Source of the DNA: Photobacterium damselae
GTDB taxonomy: Bacteria; Pseudomonadota; Gammaproteobacteria; Enterobacterales; Vibrionaceae
Assembly: GCF_003026815.1 (NCBI RefSeq)
Contig: NZ_PYOG01000011.1
Span: 233-40,232, forward strand
DNA: 40,000 nt
Reading direction: 5' to 3'
Below are positions 1 through 9,708 of the stretch, piece after piece (position 1 is the first letter of the stretch; every line of letters begins with the position of its first letter). The translations under genes and the position numbers were made by a program. The notes under the pieces are model-generated. The model was not told the origin of the DNA, made no database searches, and saw only the letters and a program-made list of their open reading frames with translations.

Positions 1-740
1 CACACTCTTAATAATTTCGCTATATAACAAATTACTATTATATAAATAAGCTTTTAGATTCATGTTAGAAAGTAAGAAAATATAACTTCTTAGCTTGCCT
101 CAGAAGATGACGCTATTATTACGCTAGATTTGATAAATAAAAACACTAAAAATGGAATGAGTTTTTGCAGTTTCAGACACAAATGACAATTTAGAAATTA
201 ATATTCTTTTTTGCATAATCAACGTTAAATTTATCTAAAACTAGGTTTAAGGAACGAAAAACTGTAAAAAAACCTCAGTTATTTAGCGACTTATGCGCTA
301 TCCATCACAAAAAAACCATTTACAACACTGTATTTTGTCATACAAAAGCCTTTTTTTGCGGATATAGTTATGCATTATTTAAGCAAAAACACTCATTAAA
401 AATCTTTTCATTTTTGGACATTTTTTTAGAACTTTATTTTTGTTCATTAGATTTTAAGGCAATTAGTATTCAAATAATTCCTCTCAATAGACTTTAAAGT
501 GTTATCAGCTGACTAATCGCTTTCATTAACAACCTTACTTTATAGACAAAAAACGGTCAGCTGTAAGTAATTGATGTATAAAATCTCTCTTGTAGAAATT
601 ATAATTCACACCAAATAAGCATCGAAGCGAATAGCAACTAGCCTAATAGCGTCAAGTATAAGCAACCAATCACTCAAAGGTAATTTTCCGCTACATAGAA
701 ATTCACAATAAGAATACAATAAGAGGAAAATTATTTATAA

Positions 741-2618
741 ATGGAATATGTGATGATTTTCAATAAAAAACTCATTAGCTTAGCTATTATTAGCTCTCTG
801 TCTTTAGCTGGCTGTGGTGGTGGCGGCAATGATGAAAAACAAGAGACACCAACAGATGCTGGTGGCGCAATTATTACTGTGCGCTATATTGACTCCGCTG
901 TTACTGGATTAAACTATCAATGTGATCAAACAGAGGATGGTAAGACAAATAATAATGGTGAATTTACAACAGTAAATAATGCTCAATGTAATTTCTTTAT
1001 TAATGATTTGAACATTGGTTCAGCTATTATAAAAAAATCACAAATAAACCAAAATGGTATTGTTATCATAGATCCAATATCGATGACGAAACAACAGAAC
1101 GTAAGATATGAGAATATTGCCGTTCTTTTGCAGAGTTTAGATAATGATGGAAATTCTGAAAACGGCATTAACCTTGAAAATGCTAACATTAAAGCACCAC
1201 TTTCGACAAAAGATCATAACTTATTAACAATGTCAGCAAGTGAACTTCAAAAGCAGCTTCAGACATTAGTTAAAAACCCAAAAACAATTGTAACTGAGCA
1301 ACAAGCGTTAGCTCATTTGCACCAAAGCCTAACCACATCAGGTGCACTTGCGGGATACCATAGCCCACAAGTTCAGGAAATAGTGACTGATATTAATAAA
1401 CTATCAACTTCTACTCCTGAAGAGATGCAACAAATTAATTTCGTCGATAAAGTACAACAGTACCAAGATATTTTAGATTCTGGTGCCTCAGACAATGCTG
1501 ATATTGAAGTATTAAAAGCAGTACTAACTATCGCAAAAATAGTTAATGAGCCAGAAGTAAAAGAAAGAATTTCATTTAACTATGAAAACACGAACCTAGC
1601 CAACGAAACAGAAGATCTATTACCGCAAGTTCTTGATTCTCTGCTTAAAGCAAATGGACCACTATTAGTTCCAAATGAATTAGAAAAAGGTTCAACAGAC
1701 TCAGAAGCTAAAATATTATATTCACTAGCTCAAAATTTAATGACTGCAAGTAACACCTTAGGTCAAAGCTTCACTAACATTAACCGTGTAGCTTCTTATG
1801 ATACAGAAGGTAAAATTCAACTAAACTATCAGCGAGCACAATCTTTACGAGTAATCGCACTATCTATTGCGAATAGTTTAAGTACAGCAGCAGCCTATGA
1901 TCTTGGATCAGATAAATACTTCATTCCACAAAGAGAACGTGTAACGATACCACTAACTATTGCTCAAGACTATTTCACTGTAGTCGGAGAAAAAAAGACT
2001 ACTGTTAATAGTGAATTTGCTACTGCAGAAGAAGATCCAGTTTCTTTAATTGCCGATCAGAGTTTTATGACACTGCGTAACAGCGGCCCTGAGTACTTAA
2101 GGACTGCGTTATCGGCATTAAAACAAGCAGCAAGCATTGCAGCAACACAGATTAATCTTGATGATAAAGAATTTAGTAATCTTACTGGTGCAGATAAACA
2201 GAACCTTAAGGCCATGATAGATAGTCTAAATCATCATTTACAATCGTCTGATGGCCAAAAAAATCCGTTTACTTATACAGTACTAGATCAAAATGGTAAG
2301 GTTGATGGTGAACTGACAATTAATTTACAAGAGTTCTATCAAAACCCAATTACTCGTAACGATATTACGATAACAGAAAATAAGTATAACTGTACCATTG
2401 ATAAAAATCTTTCAAAATACATGAATCAACCTATGTGTTATGAGAAAGGTGATACCAATTTTTGGTACGGATATGAAGACCTATCTTCAAATAAGATGCT
2501 ATTTGTAAGTGGACAACCGGCTAAGCATCTATTTAGTAGTGATTATACAAATACGAATATTATTCTATCTTGTAGAGAAAAAGATAGTAATAACAACTGG
2601 GTATTCTGTGAGAAATAA
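741..2618 (+). CDS. Putative lipoprotein, 625 aa, function unknown
   Basis: ATG at 741 with AGAGGA at 722-727. The N-terminus MEYVMIFNKKLISLAIISSLSLAGC has a KK n-region, a hydrophobic core and an L-A-G-C lipobox. Paired Cys lie near both termini. The central part looks helical. No family recognised. Confidence 0.75.
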   Translation: MEYVMIFNKKLISLAIISSLSLAGCGGGGNDEKQETPTDAGGAIITVRYIDSAVTGLNYQCDQTEDGKTNNNGEFTTVNNAQCNFFINDLNIGSAIIKKSQINQNGIVIIDPISMTKQQNVRYENIAVLLQSLDNDGNSENGINLENANIKAPLSTKDHNLLTMSASELQKQLQTLVKNPKTIVTEQQALAHLHQSLTTSGALAGYHSPQVQEIVTDINKLSTSTPEEMQQINFVDKVQQYQDILDSGASDNADIEVLKAVLTIAKIVNEPEVKERISFNYENTNLANETEDLLPQVLDSLLKANGPLLVPNELEKGSTDSEAKILYSLAQNLMTASNTLGQSFTNINRVASYDTEGKIQLNYQRAQSLRVIALSIANSLSTAAAYDLGSDKYFIPQRERVTIPLTIAQDYFTVVGEKKTTVNSEFATAEEDPVSLIADQSFMTLRNSGPEYLRTALSALKQAASIAATQINLDDKEFSNLTGADKQNLKAMIDSLNHHLQSSDGQKNPFTYTVLDQNGKVDGELTINLQEFYQNPITRNDITITENKYNCTIDKNLSKYMNQPMCYEKGDTNFWYGYEDLSSNKMLFVSGQPAKHLFSSDYTNTNIILSCREKDSNNNWVFCEK

Positions 2619-2630
2619 TCACAAATAGAT

Positions 2631-3086
2631 ATGCAAAGTCTACGATATCTCTTGGTTTTTGCATTATTAGCACCATTTCGTGCATTTGCACTTAATGGTG
2701 CTTCAATATACCTAGAAAACATTAAGACTGATTACTACATAAAATATAATTCAAAACCTATTTTTTACTATCAACTCAAGGCAGAACATAAAACTGAAAT
2801 ATATAGTAATTCAAAAAATATATTTACTCAGTATTTTGATCGAAATGTAGCTAAAGTACATAATTTTTTTACAGATGGTGTTTTTAGTACTAGAAATGTT
2901 GTTATCAACTTCAAGCAAGCTTATTACTTTAATGGGAGCTTATTTTTAGAACAAACTTCAGGCTCTATTGAACATAACAATATATCTGCTAAAGAAATAA
3001 ATTTTAGGTTAAAAGATAACATGTTGTTAGCTAAACATATTCGATTTATATCAGCTGAAAGTACATCAACAAAGATTAACTACTAA
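2631..3086 (+). CDS. Small secreted protein, 151 aa, unknown function
   Basis: ATG lies 12 nt after the upstream stop, which suggests an operon. Signal-peptide-like N-terminus MQSLRYLLVFALLAPFRAFA|LN. The remainder is beta-strand-like and rich in Y/F/N/K. No clear SD. Confidence 0.6.
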   Translation: MQSLRYLLVFALLAPFRAFALNGASIYLENIKTDYYIKYNSKPIFYYQLKAEHKTEIYSNSKNIFTQYFDRNVAKVHNFFTDGVFSTRNVVINFKQAYYFNGSLFLEQTSGSIEHNNISAKEINFRLKDNMLLAKHIRFISAESTSTKINY

Positions 3087-3105
3087 TATCATATAAAAAT
3101 AACCA

Positions 3106-3933
3106 ATGAAAAAAAAACTTAGTCTATTATTAATTGCATCTTGTATTCCAAGTATTGTTCACGCAGAAAATCAAGAAAACGAGGGTTATTCCTACTTTTC
3201 TCTTGGTATGGAGAATACTAGTTATAAAGAGTTTTATTCAAAATCTAACTCATCAGTAAGTGTTACAAGCCCAACAATCAATACAGGTGGACTCTATTCC
3301 ATTAATAATAAATGGGATTTCTCTATTGATGCATTGGGAACATTTTCACCAAATCATAGTAATGAGCACTGGAACAATGGCCAAAAAAATCAATTTGAAT
3401 ATATTAAAGCCATGACAGATGTTTTGTTACAATACAAGCTTACTCCTCAATGGCGTATTGTGGCTGGTCCGACTCTAAGTTACCAAACATATAAACGCTA
3501 CGGACGTGATTCTAGTACTGAAAGTATTTTCACTGGAGTCTGGGAAGAAAAAACAACAGATATTTATGCTAATGTAGGTATTGCATATGATAGTGGTAAC
3601 CTATACAACAATTGGCATTATTATGTCCAGGCTAAAGCGGGTATTCCTCTTTATAGCCAGACAGAAAATACGGCAACAGAATTAAATGGTGTCACTTTTA
3701 ATACCTTTGGTTATCGTTCATCTTTATCAGGCGGGATCAGCTACCGACTGATGAAAGGAATTCATTTAGGGTTATTTACTGCATTAAGCTACGAATATCG
3801 CCAAGAAGATGGTCCTAAATTTACGGGAGTTATTATCGAGAGTAATGGGAAGAAACAAGCAATGGATGCGACACTTCCTGAAGCACAGATAATTAACTTT
3901 AGTGCAGGCATTCAAGTGCTTTGGAAATTGTAG
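3106..3933 (+). CDS. Putative outer-membrane beta-barrel protein, 275 aa
   Basis: Signal peptide MKKKLSLLLIASCIPSIVHA|EN. Amphipathic strands rich in Gly/Tyr/Ser/aromatics alternate throughout. Aromatic residue near the C-terminus (..GIQVLWKL). Third gene of the 741-3933 operon. Confidence 0.65.
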   Translation: MKKKLSLLLIASCIPSIVHAENQENEGYSYFSLGMENTSYKEFYSKSNSSVSVTSPTINTGGLYSINNKWDFSIDALGTFSPNHSNEHWNNGQKNQFEYIKAMTDVLLQYKLTPQWRIVAGPTLSYQTYKRYGRDSSTESIFTGVWEEKTTDIYANVGIAYDSGNLYNNWHYYVQAKAGIPLYSQTENTATELNGVTFNTFGYRSSLSGGISYRLMKGIHLGLFTALSYEYRQEDGPKFTGVIIESNGKKQAMDATLPEAQIINFSAGIQVLWKL

Positions 3934-3944
3934 TTATTTAAGAT

Positions 3945-3973
3945 ACCCCAAGTGACTATAGGTTACTTGGGGT
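3945..3973 (+). terminator. Stem-loop downstream of the 741-3933 operon
   Basis: ACCCCAAGTGAC / GTTACTTGGGGT forms a 12-bp stem (one G-T pair) with a 5-nt loop, followed by an A/T-rich tract. There is no clean U-run. Confidence 0.5.
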
Positions 3974-4150
3974 TAAATAAAACAATTTGAACTTAGTCTA
4001 TTTTCTATGCCATTCTTAAATGTAAAGCCAAATGATTTCTAAATGCAGGATTTAGAACGCTACCACTGATTCAGATTCAAAGAAAACACTATCGTGCAAT
4101 AGCAAGCTCATTCCAAGTTAGATATAAAGGTTCTTATCAAGGAGGATAGA

Positions 4151-4510
4151 ATGACTTTAATAAAAGCAGCATTAACCTTACCCGCAGAGTTACTTCCTGG
4201 AGGGATCCCTCTACAGGCACAAAAGTTTGGCTTTAATACTATCCATAAAGAAAAGATCACCAGCAACGACCATAAACCCTTAGTCAAATTTCACTTTTCC
4301 GATCCCATTCTTACGACTAAAACCATTGGCTTTGAACGAGGTATTGCAACTTTTCTAAATCACGTTATTGAAGGCACGCCCTATGAAATAGAAAAGGTTT
4401 TCAGTGTGGCAGAAGCTAATAGTCGAGAATCTACCTTCTATAAAAAGAATAATAAGATGATAAGTGATGAACCACTCACTAAGATATTAAGTGACAAACG
4501 AAAGTATTAA
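4151..4510 (+). CDS. Hypothetical cytoplasmic protein, 119 aa
   Basis: Strong SD (AAGGAGGATAGA then ATG). A strong hairpin follows directly. No signal peptide and no family recognised. Confidence 0.6.
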   Translation: MTLIKAALTLPAELLPGGIPLQAQKFGFNTIHKEKITSNDHKPLVKFHFSDPILTTKTIGFERGIATFLNHVIEGTPYEIEKVFSVAEANSRESTFYKKNNKMISDEPLTKILSDKRKY

Positions 4511-4511
4511 G

Positions 4512-4538
4512 AGAATCCCCAGCATATCTGGGGATTCT
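4512..4538. terminator. Hairpin between convergent genes, probably a bidirectional terminator
   Basis: AGAATCCCCAG-CATAT-CTGGGGATTCT gives a perfect 11-bp stem. TTAATTT follows on the + strand. Confidence 0.6.
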
Positions 4539-4570
4539 TAATTTAGCGTTACACAGGACAGAAACAGTAG

Positions 4571-7048
4571 CTATTTTAATGGTTTTAGCAGTTGGTTTAT
4601 TTGGCTTCGAGTAACGCAATAAACAAGCAGCAGAGCAAAAAGAGGTAAGATAAACCAAATACTAATATGAGGGTAAAATGGTAATTCAAAACCATAAATT
4701 AAAAGAATACCAACAACAAACTCACTACAACCCGCAGCTATCACTCCACCCAATAAAGCTATTGTGCCAAACTCATACCAAAGCGTATCTGATATTCGCT
4801 TTCGGCTTGCACCCAAAGTTCGATACAACTGAACCTCTAGTTGACGCTCAGAAAGACTTAAACGCAGCAGTGTCATAATTAGCATTAAACCGCTCACCAC
4901 ACCTAACCCGGCAAGTACAGACAAAGACCAACTCACTTGAGAGAGTAAACCTTGAATTCTATTTGCCATCAACCGTAAATCCAGCAAACTCACCGTTGGA
5001 TACTGTTCCGCAAGCTGGTTAAGTTGCTGATTTTGATCTGATTCGATACGAAAACTGACAAGCCAAGCAGCAGGATAACTGGCTAAAAGTTCAGGAGAAA
5101 AAATAAAGTAAAAATTTGGCTTCATATTGCGCCACTCAACATCTCGAATACTGGTCACAACCGCAGTAAAAGGAAAACTGCCAACACTGAACGTAAGATG
5201 ATCACCTAACTGGATTCCTAAACGTTTCGCAATTCCTGATTCAACAGAGACGCCATCTACTCGATTACCCCATTCACCTTGTACTAGCTGATTATGAGTT
5301 GGCAATACTTGGGTCCAAGTAAAATTGAGTTCACGATTTAGTGCTTCATCATCGTTAGCAGGCGATTGTGCAGCATTGTCCTTATCGGGCTCTTCTTTTC
5401 CAAAAAAACGATCATTAATCGCTGTTAACCGTCCTCTCACCACAGGATAGCCAGATGAGCGTTCTAAACCCAATTGATCTAGATCTTGTAAATATTGTTG
5501 CTGCTGAGATGGTGCAATATTAACAGCAAAAACATTAGGAGCATTTTCTGGCAACGTCTGCTGCCAATCACTCAGTAATTCTTGACGCAATAGTGCAATA
5601 ACAGCAACTAACATCAGAGAACTCGTCAATGCTGCTAATTGAGTTGCCGCCTTTACTTTGCTGCGATTGATGCGTCTTACGGCCAATTGATAAGAAGAAT
5701 TCAGTCGGACTCTTCCCATCATATGTAGAGCAGCCATTCCAAATAACGCAAGTAACCCCAATAGTAAGAGCAGTCCAAGTAGGGTTAACCAAACAAATAT
5801 ATTGGTATTAATCCAAGCAACAGCCGTGATAACAGGTACTAAAAGTAATAACCAAGAGAATGTGAATCGATGAGATTGAATCATTTGAGTTTCATTGCCG
5901 TCTATCGCCGCACACGCTTTTATATTAACCAATCGGATTAAAGGAATTCCCAGCGCAGGAAGAGAGATACAAAAAGCAACGACTAAACTTAATATGGCAG
6001 GTTGCCACCCGATTGTAGGGATAGAATGGGGCAGTAACGATTGCAGTGGATAACGCAATAGCCATTCCAATGCAATCCCCACGGATAAACCAATACATGC
6101 AGCAAAAACAAATAACAAAGCGATCTGGATCAGAAGCCAACGCCATAAAAAAGCTTTTTGAGCACCAAGGCTTTTCATCATGGCCACCGAAGCTTTTCGA
6201 CTTGAACAGTAATATTGGCAAGTGAGAACTAAGGTTGCCGCAGCCATTAAGATCACCAGCACCAAAGTCAGCGATAAATACTGCTCAGCGCGCGTTATAA
6301 AATCACCACTTCTCCCCGCTTCTCTTTCTGTTTGCCATCGTTGGCTTGCTGTTAAAGAGACTTGCGATCTAAACTGATCCAAGTTTGCTTGAGTTCCTGA
6401 AAAGTACCAACGATAACTGATTCTACCACCAGGTTGGATCGCGCCTGTAGCCTCAATATCACTGTGACTTATTAATACTGAAGGCATTTGACTAAACGGA
6501 TTAAAGGATAATTCAGGATCTTCAACAATACGTCCAGAGATCGTTAATGTCGTATCACCAATATCTAATGAATCCCCCACGTTTACATCGAGTAAAGAGA
6601 ATAAGCGTTCCGATAACCACAATTGATGGGGCACTACATGATGGTATTGGGTTGTATCTGATGACGCTCCAAGTATTAAATTCCCTTTCAATGGAAAGTT
6701 ATCACTAACCGCTTTAACACTGACTAGTTGCATGGCGGAATCACTAAATGCCATCGTACCAAAGCGAGTCTGTTGCGCCGTGATTAACTGATAATTATGA
6801 GCAAGTTTAATTATCGAATCATCAATTGGATTTGCTGACACTAAAACAAGATCCGCCGTCAGAGCTGAACGACCTTGCTCTGTAATAATTCCTTCAATCC
6901 GAGCAACTAAAGCCGACAACGCAAACACACAAGCAATAATTAAGCTAAGCGCTAAAGTTACGAGCCAAAGCTGCCCTTGACGAATCTCTCGCAAGCTCCA
7001 TCGCAAAAGAAAAAAAATGTTACTTGAAGAGACCATGGATTTATTCAT
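4571..7048 (-). CDS. ybbP: ABC transporter permease, FtsX-like, YbbP family (825 aa)
   Basis: Large polytopic membrane protein with two FtsX-type permease modules separated by soluble loops. Its ATG overlaps the ybbA stop (ATGA). Conserved tesA / ybbA-ybbP arrangement as in E. coli. Confidence 0.85.
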   Translation of the reverse strand: MNKSMVSSSNIFFLLRWSLREIRQGQLWLVTLALSLIIACVFALSALVARIEGIITEQGRSALTADLVLVSANPIDDSIIKLAHNYQLITAQQTRFGTMAFSDSAMQLVSVKAVSDNFPLKGNLILGASSDTTQYHHVVPHQLWLSERLFSLLDVNVGDSLDIGDTTLTISGRIVEDPELSFNPFSQMPSVLISHSDIEATGAIQPGGRISYRWYFSGTQANLDQFRSQVSLTASQRWQTEREAGRSGDFITRAEQYLSLTLVLVILMAAATLVLTCQYYCSSRKASVAMMKSLGAQKAFLWRWLLIQIALLFVFAACIGLSVGIALEWLLRYPLQSLLPHSIPTIGWQPAILSLVVAFCISLPALGIPLIRLVNIKACAAIDGNETQMIQSHRFTFSWLLLLVPVITAVAWINTNIFVWLTLLGLLLLLGLLALFGMAALHMMGRVRLNSSYQLAVRRINRSKVKAATQLAALTSSLMLVAVIALLRQELLSDWQQTLPENAPNVFAVNIAPSQQQQYLQDLDQLGLERSSGYPVVRGRLTAINDRFFGKEEPDKDNAAQSPANDDEALNRELNFTWTQVLPTHNQLVQGEWGNRVDGVSVESGIAKRLGIQLGDHLTFSVGSFPFTAVVTSIRDVEWRNMKPNFYFIFSPELLASYPAAWLVSFRIESDQNQQLNQLAEQYPTVSLLDLRLMANRIQGLLSQVSWSLSVLAGLGVVSGLMLIMTLLRLSLSERQLEVQLYRTLGASRKRISDTLWYEFGTIALLGGVIAAGCSEFVVGILLIYGFELPFYPHISIWFILPLFALLLVYCVTRSQINQLLKPLK

Positions 7049-7725
7049 AACGTCTCCTTCAGCTTCCCGTTATCAAGTGTAAGCACTCTATCGCAGCGAT
7101 GGGCTAATTGATTATCATGAGTCACTAATATTAACGTTGTTCCACTGCTACGATTTAACTCAAACAATAATTCAATAACCTTAGCTGCCGTATGCTGGTC
7201 CAGGTTACCTGTTGGTTCATCTGCAAATAAAATTTTCGGCTGACTCATAAAGGCACGGGCCAGAGCAACTCGCTGCTGTTCGCCACCAGAGAGTTGAGAG
7301 GGTAAGTGATCACTTCTCTTATCTAGCCCAACTTGCGCTAATAACTGTTTTGCGCGCTCAATATCTACGGGGATATCTTGAATTAAGCAAGGCAACGTCA
7401 CATTCTCAAATGCTGTCAATGTCGGCAATAATAGAAAGCTTTGGAAAACAAACCCTACACTCTTACTGCGTAAAGCAGCACGCTGTTCATCGTTTAATTC
7501 AGTTAAATTGTGCCCTAATAGCTCAACAGTACCACTTGATGGGAGATCCAATCCGGCAAGCAGTGTCATCAATGTTGACTTACCAGCCCCTGACACTCCC
7601 ACCAATGCAATTGACTCACCTTGCTCGACCTCAAGCGAAATATCCTGCAAAATGGTCATAGACGATGACGTCGTTATTACTCTTTTTGTTATTGCATGCG
7701 CTTTTATCACGGAAGATACAGACAT
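7045..7725 (-). CDS. ybbA: ABC transporter ATP-binding protein YbbA
   Basis: Walker A GVSGAGKST, signature LSGGEQQR, Walker B LFADEPT. End-to-end similarity to E. coli YbbA as I remember it. SD AAAGGA lies 8 nt upstream of the ATG. Confidence 0.9.
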   Translation of the reverse strand: MSVSSVIKAHAITKRVITTSSSMTILQDISLEVEQGESIALVGVSGAGKSTLMTLLAGLDLPSSGTVELLGHNLTELNDEQRAALRSKSVGFVFQSFLLLPTLTAFENVTLPCLIQDIPVDIERAKQLLAQVGLDKRSDHLPSQLSGGEQQRVALARAFMSQPKILFADEPTGNLDQHTAAKVIELLFELNRSSGTTLILVTHDNQLAHRCDRVLTLDNGKLKETL

Positions 7726-8326
7726 GATACGAATCCTTTCTCTACTCTTTTTATTAGTAAGCTCAACCCTAAGCTATAGCCAGACACTGCTTGTTTTAGG
7801 TGATAGTTTAAGTGCTGGCTATCAAATGAAACCCGAACAAAGTTGGCCCGCGCTTCTTCCTTCTATATTAGAACAACAGCAACAACCAACCACAGTAATT
7901 AATGCCAGTATTTCAGGAGATACAAGTGGAAATGGTCTAACTCGATTACCCGCCCTTCTACAGCAGTATCAACCTAACTGGGTGTTAATCGAACTCGGAG
8001 CCAATGATGGTTTAAGAGGGTTTGCCCCTTCAATTTTAAAGACGAATTTGTCTCAGATGATTGAAAAAATTCAGCAACATGATGCAAAACCACTTCTAAT
8101 GCAGATAGAGATCCCACCTAACTACGGCAAACGCTACAACCAAATGTTCCGCCAGATCTATCCGGATCTGAGTCAAAAACATCAGATCCCTCTGCTGCCA
8201 TTCTTCTTAGTCGAGATCATTGAACAAGATAACTTAATGATGAAAGATAGATTACATCCCACCGCAAATGCTCAACCTATCATAGCTAAATTTATGGCTA
8301 AACATTTACAACCGCACTTAAAATAA
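7724..8326 (+). CDS. tesA: Acyl-CoA thioesterase I / lysophospholipase L1 (GDSL/SGNH hydrolase)
   Basis: Signal peptide MIRILSLLFLLVSSTLSYSQ followed by LVLGDSLSAGY, SGDTS, GANDGLRG and DRLHP blocks, colinear with E. coli TesA. I trimmed the track ORF (7508) to the only Met that precedes the signal peptide. Confidence 0.9.
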   Translation: MIRILSLLFLLVSSTLSYSQTLLVLGDSLSAGYQMKPEQSWPALLPSILEQQQQPTTVINASISGDTSGNGLTRLPALLQQYQPNWVLIELGANDGLRGFAPSILKTNLSQMIEKIQQHDAKPLLMQIEIPPNYGKRYNQMFRQIYPDLSQKHQIPLLPFFLVEIIEQDNLMMKDRLHPTANAQPIIAKFMAKHLQPHLK

Positions 8327-8631
8327 TAGGCTGCCTAATTTAATTTATTATTACTTGGGCATCTTTCTATTTTTTAATTCGAAAAATTGAATATCAAAAG
8401 AAACATAAAAATATAAATTCAAAATATTTTTTATTTAACAAAAAAAACATTCAAAAAAGAACAAATGCAAAAAAATGTTGATTTTCAAATATATACAAAA
8501 GAAAGTATTTGAAAGCCATCTAATTAAAACGAAATTTTAAGATAGGATAAATATTAAAAATAAATTTGGCACTCGCCTATTATTCATTAACACTTTAATA
8601 AGAAGTTCATCATGAAAATTGGAGATAGCTA

Positions 8632-8754
8632 ATGAAAAAATTCCTTTTTATTTTAACCGCACTTATTCTTGCAGGGTGCACGACAACGAATAATCCAAGT
8701 GATCCAGCTAATTACGTAGATGCACAAAACGAAATATTTTTGTATGAAGATTGA
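8632..8754 (+). CDS. Candidate 40-aa mini-lipoprotein (absent from the ORF track)
   Basis: GGAG lies 7 nt upstream of the ATG. Product MKKFLFILTALILAGCTTTNNPSDPANYVDAQNEIFLYED has a classic lipobox L-A-G-C. Stop TGA at 8752-8754. Confidence 0.45.
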   Translation: MKKFLFILTALILAGCTTTNNPSDPANYVDAQNEIFLYED

Positions 8755-8811
8755 TATACCAAAATGATTTCAAAATGTAGTAGTCAGAACTCTATACGTG
8801 ATTCAAGATCC

Positions 8812-8848
8812 AAAAAAGCAACACTGCCATCACATCTGGTGGCAGTGT
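8812..8848 (-). terminator. Rho-independent terminator after the 8879-9685 gene
   Basis: ACACTGCCA / TGGCAGTGT forms a 9-bp stem. On the minus strand it is followed by TGCTTTTTTGG. Confidence 0.6.
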
Positions 8849-8878
8849 ATAACCGTTCACAGCTTAATAACCAATATA

Positions 8879-9685
8879 TCAATCATTGCTCACTGAGGTC
8901 TTTTGACAGCATTCGGTTAGAAAATGAATAAAACCATACTCTCTGAGCCAGGATAATTGTTCATCTGATCCAACTAAAAATCGCCCACTAAAATTAATAC
9001 CATGCCCTGAAATGTCTTCTACCTGATTTTTACTACGAGGGATTACAAGCATCCAATGTTGAGTCAACAAGATATTATAAGGATTACACTCTTGATACTC
9101 GTTTGAATGACTTAATACGTATAGATCTAACTCAACCATTGCGCTTTGATAGCATTGATACAAAAAGTCCGGATCAAGTTTATCAAACTGAAATAAAGCA
9201 TGCTTAAATGGTAATTGCTTATTCACAATTCGAGATTCTAATGGAATATGAGTTCGAACTAACTGCATATGCCGATGCATTTGACTCGAACCTGCTATAT
9301 GTCCTGAATTAAAAAATCCTAATACATCATCTCGAGTAAAAGCCTTAATCCAAGCGGAAAAATCACTTTCTGTTAGCGGTGAAGTTTGAGGTACATACTG
9401 TTTAGCGCAAACAAGTAGGTGAGGAACAATAATTGGAAATTTATTAAGTAGGCAAACATGTTCGCGGCCCATACTTCCTAAATAGGTTTCAGGATTATAA
9501 GGCGGCAAAAATGGATCGTGATTAGCAACGTCAGGTGAATATTTTTTCTTCATATTACCTGTGATGATATTACCGACATACGTAATACCATCTTGCTCAA
9601 CCAAAGTATCATTATCAGTAAGGGGGAACAGAGCCCCCTCCTGCAATGCTTTCTCTGAGATATGCTCAGCAAGAGACCACAGCAT
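8879..9685 (-). CDS. ATP adenylyltransferase / Ap4A phosphorylase-family protein (HIT-like)
   Basis: Blocks LLNKFPIIVPHLLV and GSSQMHRHMQL (HxHxQ nucleotidyl-transfer motif) are typical of the Apa1/Apa2-like phosphorylase family. I chose the ATG at 9685 rather than the TTG at 9730, which would overlap the upstream gene. Confidence 0.6.
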   Translation of the reverse strand: MLWSLAEHISEKALQEGALFPLTDNDTLVEQDGITYVGNIITGNMKKKYSPDVANHDPFLPPYNPETYLGSMGREHVCLLNKFPIIVPHLLVCAKQYVPQTSPLTESDFSAWIKAFTRDDVLGFFNSGHIAGSSQMHRHMQLVRTHIPLESRIVNKQLPFKHALFQFDKLDPDFLYQCYQSAMVELDLYVLSHSNEYQECNPYNILLTQHWMLVIPRSKNQVEDISGHGINFSGRFLVGSDEQLSWLREYGFIHFLTECCQKTSVSND

Positions 9686-9708
9686 TGAATTGTACCTAAT
9701 TAGAAGTC

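Noticed and set aside
7508-7723. The 72-codon N-terminal extension of the tesA ORF, and ORF 7350-7661
   Set aside because: Both are antisense to the well-supported ybbA coding sequence. TesA homology and its signal peptide begin at the ATG at 7724.
8567-8582. TGGCAC at 8567 (+) as a third sigma54 promoter
   Set aside because: The -12 position reads TATTA, with no GC dinucleotide at the required spacing, and there is no upstream TGTCGA-type motif.
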